From a virus (Duplodnaviria > Heunggongvirae > Uroviricota > Caudoviricetes), in the IMG/VR virus record IMGVR_UViG_2541047913_000008, positions 1 to 18,542 of that record: DNA of 18,542 nt; one strand, written 5' to 3'. Positions 14,207-18,542 of the stretch are shown here, piece after piece. The translations under genes were made by a program, and so were the position numbers. Every line of letters begins with the position of its first letter. The first letter of the stretch is position 1. The notes beneath the pieces were generated by a model. It saw only the letters and a list, made by a program, of their open reading frames with translations. It was not told the DNA's origin and ran no database searches.

Positions 14207-14866
14207 ATGAAATTTTCCAAATTTTCTGAGTTGGTGAATCGTATTTTGTCCAACAACCACAGCCATCGTCGCGATATGGATGTAACGATCGTTGTTCATT
14301 CGCCTGGCAGCATTGGTTCAACACCCTCAGTTGAAGTTCAGTCAATTCACGCTGGTTTTGATTGGGATTCCGGGAAAGTGCTGATTTTCCCAGCACAGCC
14401 ACTGACCACTCTAACACCAGAACAGATTACTGATATTACTGATAGTGTGCGCAAAGGTCAGTCCTGGCACGCATATCAGGAATACAAGAAGCATAAAGAG
14501 CAGTTGGAAAAATTATCGATTGAACTTGATGCCGCAAAACAGCGCATTGCAGAGCTGGAGGGTAATTTCACGGCGCTGGCAGCGGAGAATGCGGGGCTAA
14601 AGGCGATATGTGATGACCGTCGCAGGTTCATCATGAATGGGGTGCAGATGGGTTATATCAAGGTGCCAGCAGCGGAAACAGATCCAGACCTTGAGACAAT
14701 TCGCATTGCTATATCACCACAAAAGCCCATTCCAGCCACCGATGCTTTCCTGGCTGAAGTACGGGCGCAGGGCGTGGAGATGTTTGCGGAGTGTGCATAC
14801 ACGCTTGAACATCATGATCACGCAGTAGCCTTCGCCGCTGAGCTTCGCAAAGGAGGCAACCAGTGA
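14207..14866 (+). CDS. Ead/Ea22-like early protein with central coiled coil
   Basis: ATG at 14207 with AAAGGGGA ribosome-binding site. Coiled coil EQLEKLSIELDAAKQRIAELEGNFTALAAENAGLKA. Family call is from memory of E. coli prophage annotations. Confidence 0.45.
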   Translation: MKFSKFSELVNRILSNNHSHRRDMDVTIVVHSPGSIGSTPSVEVQSIHAGFDWDSGKVLIFPAQPLTTLTPEQITDITDSVRKGQSWHAYQEYKKHKEQLEKLSIELDAAKQRIAELEGNFTALAAENAGLKAICDDRRRFIMNGVQMGYIKVPAAETDPDLETIRIAISPQKPIPATDAFLAEVRAQGVEMFAECAYTLEHHDHAVAFAAELRKGGNQ

Positions 14867-15348
14867 GCGAAATTAATTACCAGGCACTGCGTGAGGTGGC
14901 GGAACGTGCAATTCCAGCAATGGAACGCCTGTTAATGTTGCCAGCTGATGATGACTTGTTAAGTGAACAGGAACTTAAAGATTACGGTGTGGATATTGAT
15001 GCGCTCAACGCCTTCAAATTTCTGACCGGACCAGAAACCGTGCTGGCACTGCTGGATGAACGGGAAAGAAACCTGCAATACATCAAAAGCCGCGATCAGG
15101 AGAACGAGGATATTGCGCTAACGGTAGGGAAGCTGCGCGTTGAGCTTGAAGCAGAAAAACAGCGGGCAAAAGTTCTATTTATGGAAAATGCTCGGCTTAA
15201 GTCAGGCATAGCCGGTCTGATACACCTCGGTATTCGATATGCAGATGTTGAGGTCATGAAAATTGCTGGAGATGCCCAGCTTTCTACCCCATGCACTGAC
15301 AGCATCATAAACAGCATTGCAACAGGCATTCGCATCAAAGGAGAGTGA
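14863..15348 (+). CDS. Hypothetical early protein (Ea22-like N-terminus, coiled coil)
   Basis: 161 aa. GTG start with AGGAGG ribosome-binding site, overlapping the upstream stop. Confidence 0.45.
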   Translation: MSEINYQALREVAERAIPAMERLLMLPADDDLLSEQELKDYGVDIDALNAFKFLTGPETVLALLDERERNLQYIKSRDQENEDIALTVGKLRVELEAEKQRAKVLFMENARLKSGIAGLIHLGIRYADVEVMKIAGDAQLSTPCTDSIINSIATGIRIKGE

Positions 15349-15349
15349 T

Positions 15350-15613
15350 ATGGCAACTTTGACAAAAAAAGAACAAGCATGGTTGAGCGAATTACAGGAC
15401 GTTCTTGATCGCTGTCCATCACCGAAAAAAATTGGTTTTTACACCATTGGCGATAAAAGCATTTACCTGTATGACCTGCGCCGCATGGATGAAATCATGG
15501 AGGCTCTTGATAATCGTTCGTCGATGGATTGGTGTGTTGCTGTTCATGATATGAATGCAGGGTTTGATGAAAAGATTTTGTTCCCCTCATCAGTTGAAAG
15601 CACTGCGGGTTAA
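15350..15613 (+). CDS. Hypothetical protein
   Basis: 88 aa from ATG at 15350 with AAAGGAGAG ribosome-binding site. Confidence 0.45.
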   Translation: MATLTKKEQAWLSELQDVLDRCPSPKKIGFYTIGDKSIYLYDLRRMDEIMEALDNRSSMDWCVAVHDMNAGFDEKILFPSSVESTAG

Positions 15614-15623
15614 GGAGTAACAC

Positions 15624-16451
15624 ATGACCACTATAACCAAAGAGCGACTGCTGACAATCAAGCAGTGGCGCGAAACATACGGACCGGGTAGCAACGTTGT
15701 GCTTCCAGCAGAAGAAGCGGAAGAGCTGGCACGAATTGCACTGGCATCACTGGAACGCGAACTGATTCGCCACGAGCATGCCAAATGGTCTGACTCCACA
15801 TTTGGCTGCGTTGGCCCCATTGGTCCACTGAAACACCTCTCAAAAGAGGCTCTGGAAGCCGCAGCCGAACCAGACGATCTCAGCGAGTGGGCTGATATGC
15901 ATTTCCTGTTGTGGGATGCACAGCGCCGTTCTGGCATCAGCGATGCTGAAATTACCGCTGCTATGGAAGATAAATTGAAGATCAACATGGAGCGCCAGTG
16001 GCCTGAACCAAAAGATGGTGAGCCTCGCTTGCACATTAAAGAACCCGGCAACTCTCCGGTAATTCCGGATGGTTTATCCACGGTACGAGCTGAGGCTTAT
16101 CAGGTTGTAGGAGTTATGGCAGATGCGCTTGGTGTATTCGGTGATGCAGCAGTACAGAAAGTTCTGGATAACCTGTCACAGCAAAAACTTGTTCACAGAG
16201 ATGTGCTGCCGTTCTCGCTTCCGGTAACTCCGGATGGTTGGATAAGCTGTAGTGAGCGAATGCCGAACGATAAACAGTATGTTTGGTGTTGGGGTAAGTC
16301 TTACGGCTGGACTGAGTGCGATACCTTCGAAGGGTATTACGATTGTTCGAGAAACAAATGGTGGGCAGTTACTGACAATGGGGAAGAACCGGCATCGAAA
16401 GTAACCCACTGGATGCCGCTGCCAGAACCGCCGCAGGAGGTGAATCAATGA
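15624..16451 (+). CDS. Two-domain phage protein: MazG-like or DUF550-like nucleotide pyrophosphohydrolase N-domain plus DUF551 C-domain
   Basis: 275 aa, AAGGAG ribosome-binding site. N-terminal acidic motif EEAEELARIALASLERE; C-terminal WISCSERMPNDKQYVWCW...KWWAV...VTHWMPLPEPP resembles DUF551. Confidence 0.55.
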   Translation: MTTITKERLLTIKQWRETYGPGSNVVLPAEEAEELARIALASLERELIRHEHAKWSDSTFGCVGPIGPLKHLSKEALEAAAEPDDLSEWADMHFLLWDAQRRSGISDAEITAAMEDKLKINMERQWPEPKDGEPRLHIKEPGNSPVIPDGLSTVRAEAYQVVGVMADALGVFGDAAVQKVLDNLSQQKLVHRDVLPFSLPVTPDGWISCSERMPNDKQYVWCWGKSYGWTECDTFEGYYDCSRNKWWAVTDNGEEPASKVTHWMPLPEPPQEVNQ

Positions 16452-16531
16452 GCTGGCCTGATGCAATCGTAACTCTGGGGATGGTATTCGCAGTAGCGTT
16501 TGTTGTGTACTCGATTTGTCGATGGGGATAA
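16448..16531 (+). CDS. 27-aa hydrophobic peptide (MSWPDAIVTLGMVFAVAFVVYSICRWG)
   Basis: ATG overlaps the stop of the upstream gene (ATGA); one predicted transmembrane helix. Not in the ORF track because it is short. Confidence 0.35.
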   Translation: MSWPDAIVTLGMVFAVAFVVYSICRWG

Positions 16532-16535
16532 CCAC

Positions 16536-16778
16536 ATGTTCGCTTTGATTCAACGCGGGCAGATATACACCGATAGTGCTGGCTACCCGATAAAAATTGT
16601 TCGCTGCATAAACAACACTGTTTTGTACAGAAGAATGGATGGGCGAACACAGTCAGTAAAAATAAACGATTTCAATGAACTGTTTGAACGGATTGATCAC
16701 CAGGAATACCGACAAATTCTGGCAGAAACAGAGCAGGAAGCTCATCTGAAAAAATTACGGGCCATGAAAAGGAAGTAA
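16536..16778 (+). CDS. Hypothetical protein
   Basis: 80 aa from ATG at 16536. Confidence 0.4.
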   Translation: MFALIQRGQIYTDSAGYPIKIVRCINNTVLYRRMDGRTQSVKINDFNELFERIDHQEYRQILAETEQEAHLKKLRAMKRK

Positions 16779-16781
16779 ACA

Positions 16782-16928
16782 ATGAATAAAGCATTTGAAC
16801 AATGGGTCCACCAGCGTTACGGCAATCGCTATGACCTGACACGAGATGTTGACGGTTTCTACTGTCGTGAAATTGTGAAACGAATGTTTGAAGTGTGGTG
16901 CCACTGCCGTGGGCTGAGTGTTGTGTGA
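16782..16928 (+). CDS. Hypothetical small protein (48 aa)
   Basis: ATG with AGGAAG ribosome-binding site. Translation MNKAFEQWVHQRYGNRYDLTRDVDGFYCREIVKRMFEVWCHCRGLSVV. Not in the ORF track. Confidence 0.35.
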   Translation: MNKAFEQWVHQRYGNRYDLTRDVDGFYCREIVKRMFEVWCHCRGLSVV

Positions 16929-16936
16929 GGTAATGC

Positions 16937-17173
16937 ATGGGCAATGTGATTCAACTGGCTCCCAATGAATGGGTTTGTGAAAGCGTTCTAATCGCAATTA
17001 CCGGGCTCAAACCAGGCACAATTCTTCGGGCCCGGAAAGAATGCTGGATGGTTGGAAGAGAGTATATTCACGTATCACCAGACGGTAATCCAAAGCCTTC
17101 CAGTGAATGTATGTATAACAGAAAAGCAATAGATGCCTGGGTCGCTTCAATGAAAAACAAACAACCTGGGTGA
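16937..17173 (+). CDS. xis: Excisionase-like protein
   Basis: 78 aa, immediately upstream of int. Winged-helix-like NEWVCESVLIAITGLKPGTILRARKE...GREYIHV resembles the lambda Xis pattern. Confidence 0.55.
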   Translation: MGNVIQLAPNEWVCESVLIAITGLKPGTILRARKECWMVGREYIHVSPDGNPKPSSECMYNRKAIDAWVASMKNKQPG

Positions 17174-17228
17174 TTTAATGCCATGAAGTATGTAAGCTCG
17201 TATCGCTCTTGGGCGTCTGGAGGTATCA

Positions 17229-18542
17229 ATGGATAAAGTCAAATATCCAACAGGCGTCGAAAACCACGGCGGCACATTACGCATCTGGTTTAATTTTAAA
17301 GGTAAACGTGTCAGGGAAAATCTTGGTGTCCCTGACACTGCCAAGAACAGGAAGATCGCCGGGGAACTGCGGACATCGGTATGTTTTGCCATCCGCACAG
17401 GAAGCTTTGATTATGCTGCACAGTTCCCTGACTCCCCCAACCTTCAGGCTTTTGGGGTAAGTAAAAAAGAAATTACGGTGAAGGAACTTGAAGAAAAGTG
17501 GCTGGATCTGAAACGAATGGAAATCTCTGCAAATGCATTCAATCGCTATGAATCCGTTGCAAGAACGATGGTTTCGAAAATTGGAGGCAGTAGACTGGTG
17601 TCATCGGTAACCAAAGAGGAATTGCTGTATATCAGGAAAGATTTGCTGACCGGGTATCAGAATTCAACGAAAAACAAAGCAGCAGCAAAAGGACGGAGCG
17701 TCGTTACTGTAAATTATTACATGACGACAATCGCTGGAATGTTTCAGTTTGCTGCAGATCACGGTTACTTAGAAGCAAATCCCTTCCAGGGAATTAAGCC
17801 TCTTAAAAGAGCCAGGGCAGAGCCAGATCCGCTAACTCGTGACGAATTTATTCGCCTGATAGATGCTTGCCGACATCAGCAGACGAAAAACCTGTGGTCA
17901 TTGGCTGTGTACACAGGAATGCGTCACGGTGAACTGGTCTCCCTGGCCTGGGAAGATATCGATCTGAAGGCAGGAACAATTACCATCAGGCGCAATTATA
18001 CGAAACTTGGTGAGTTCACTCTACCGAAAACTGAAGCAAGCACAAACAGGGTTGTGCACCTTATCCAGCCCGCTATCAGTGTCCTGAAAAATCAGGCTGA
18101 AATGACAAGACTGGGTAAGCAGTACAACATCAAGGTGCAACTACGTGAATATGGACGTTCAGTGAACCATGAATGTACTTTCGTGTTTAACCCTCAAGTG
18201 GTTAGAAAAAGCGAACAGGTAGGTTTTGTCTACAAAGTCGATTCTGTAGGTGACTCATGGGAAACAGCCATTAAGCGTGCAGGGATCAGGCATCGAAAGG
18301 CATACCAGTCACGACACACTTATGCGTGCTGGTCATTATCTGCCGGAGCAAACCCAAGCTTCATTGCCAGCCAGATGGGCCATGCAAGTGCCCAGATGGT
18401 ATTCAATGTATACGGAGCATGGATGACTGACAGCAATGCAGAACAGATCGCAATGCTGAATCAGAAGCTGACAGATTATGTCCCAATGATGCCCCATAGT
18501 CACCAAAGTGACACCAGAGGCTTATTAAAATCAGTAAGTTAA
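17229..18542 (+). CDS. int: Tyrosine site-specific integrase (phage integrase family)
   Basis: 437 aa, GGAGG ribosome-binding site. Catalytic-domain motifs (RHGEL...HRKAYQSRHTYACW...GHASAQMVFNVYGAW). Stop codon is the last three bases of the window. Confidence 0.9.
   Translation: MDKVKYPTGVENHGGTLRIWFNFKGKRVRENLGVPDTAKNRKIAGELRTSVCFAIRTGSFDYAAQFPDSPNLQAFGVSKKEITVKELEEKWLDLKRMEISANAFNRYESVARTMVSKIGGSRLVSSVTKEELLYIRKDLLTGYQNSTKNKAAAKGRSVVTVNYYMTTIAGMFQFAADHGYLEANPFQGIKPLKRARAEPDPLTRDEFIRLIDACRHQQTKNLWSLAVYTGMRHGELVSLAWEDIDLKAGTITIRRNYTKLGEFTLPKTEASTNRVVHLIQPAISVLKNQAEMTRLGKQYNIKVQLREYGRSVNHECTFVFNPQVVRKSEQVGFVYKVDSVGDSWETAIKRAGIRHRKAYQSRHTYACWSLSAGANPSFIASQMGHASAQMVFNVYGAWMTDSNAEQIAMLNQKLTDYVPMMPHSHQSDTRGLLKSVS

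Larger units (their letters stand above)
1..18542. mobile_element. Segment of a lambdoid prophage (late-region start, replication, immunity, early-left, xis-int); neither end is a prophage boundary
   Basis: Lambda-like gene order and orientation: divergent cI/cro, O-like/DnaC-like/DnaB-like replication genes, Q antiterminator followed by an intrinsic terminator, NanS-p-type esterase, xis and int at the end of the early-left operon. Confidence 0.85.

Noticed and set aside
13836-16081. Minus-strand ORFs in the early-left operon (13836..14156, 14202..14417, 15096..15422, 15590..16081, 15658..15843, 15840..16034, 16176..16553, 16369..16650, 16672..16944, 16755..16997, 17147..17398) and plus 14637..14828, 17209..17460
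   Set aside because: Antisense or out-of-frame relative to a compact, translationally coupled plus-strand operon with good ribosome-binding sites. Several are Ser- or Arg-rich.
1-18542. CRISPR arrays, rRNA genes, IS elements or transposase genes
   Set aside because: No spaced direct repeats, no rRNA-like sequence, and no transposase-like ORF or terminal inverted repeats. The only tandem or direct repeats are the coding hexanucleotide repeat and the iteron-like repeats.

Overview
The window reads as one contiguous stretch of a lambdoid (lambda-like) enterobacterial prophage, probably from Escherichia coli or Shigella, with Stx-phage-like gene order but no stx genes. On the minus strand, running from high to low coordinates: a Cro-like gene and a translationally coupled Rha-like regulator (10938 to 9944), a second Rha-like gene, a replication module (O-like initiator with direct repeats inside its linker, DnaC-like loader, DnaB-like helicase), a Cys/His-rich protein, antiterminator Q, a tR'-like terminator, a small winged-helix ORF with its own terminator, about 580 bp of non-coding DNA where Stx phages carry tRNAs and stxAB, then a NanS-p-type sialate O-acetylesterase. 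On the plus strand, divergent from cro: a cI-type S24 repressor, an intrinsic terminator, a near-consensus sigma70 promoter, about 5 kb of small early-left accessory genes, an excisionase, and a complete tyrosine integrase ending at the last base of the window (the att site must lie beyond it). No rRNA, tRNA, CRISPR or IS element was found. The most interesting candidate for an undescribed function is the promoter-driven module immediately downstream of cI (11800-12960), followed by the small acidic-tailed protein and its partner at 13028-13931. All family assignments come from reading the translations by eye and from synteny; no database search was run.
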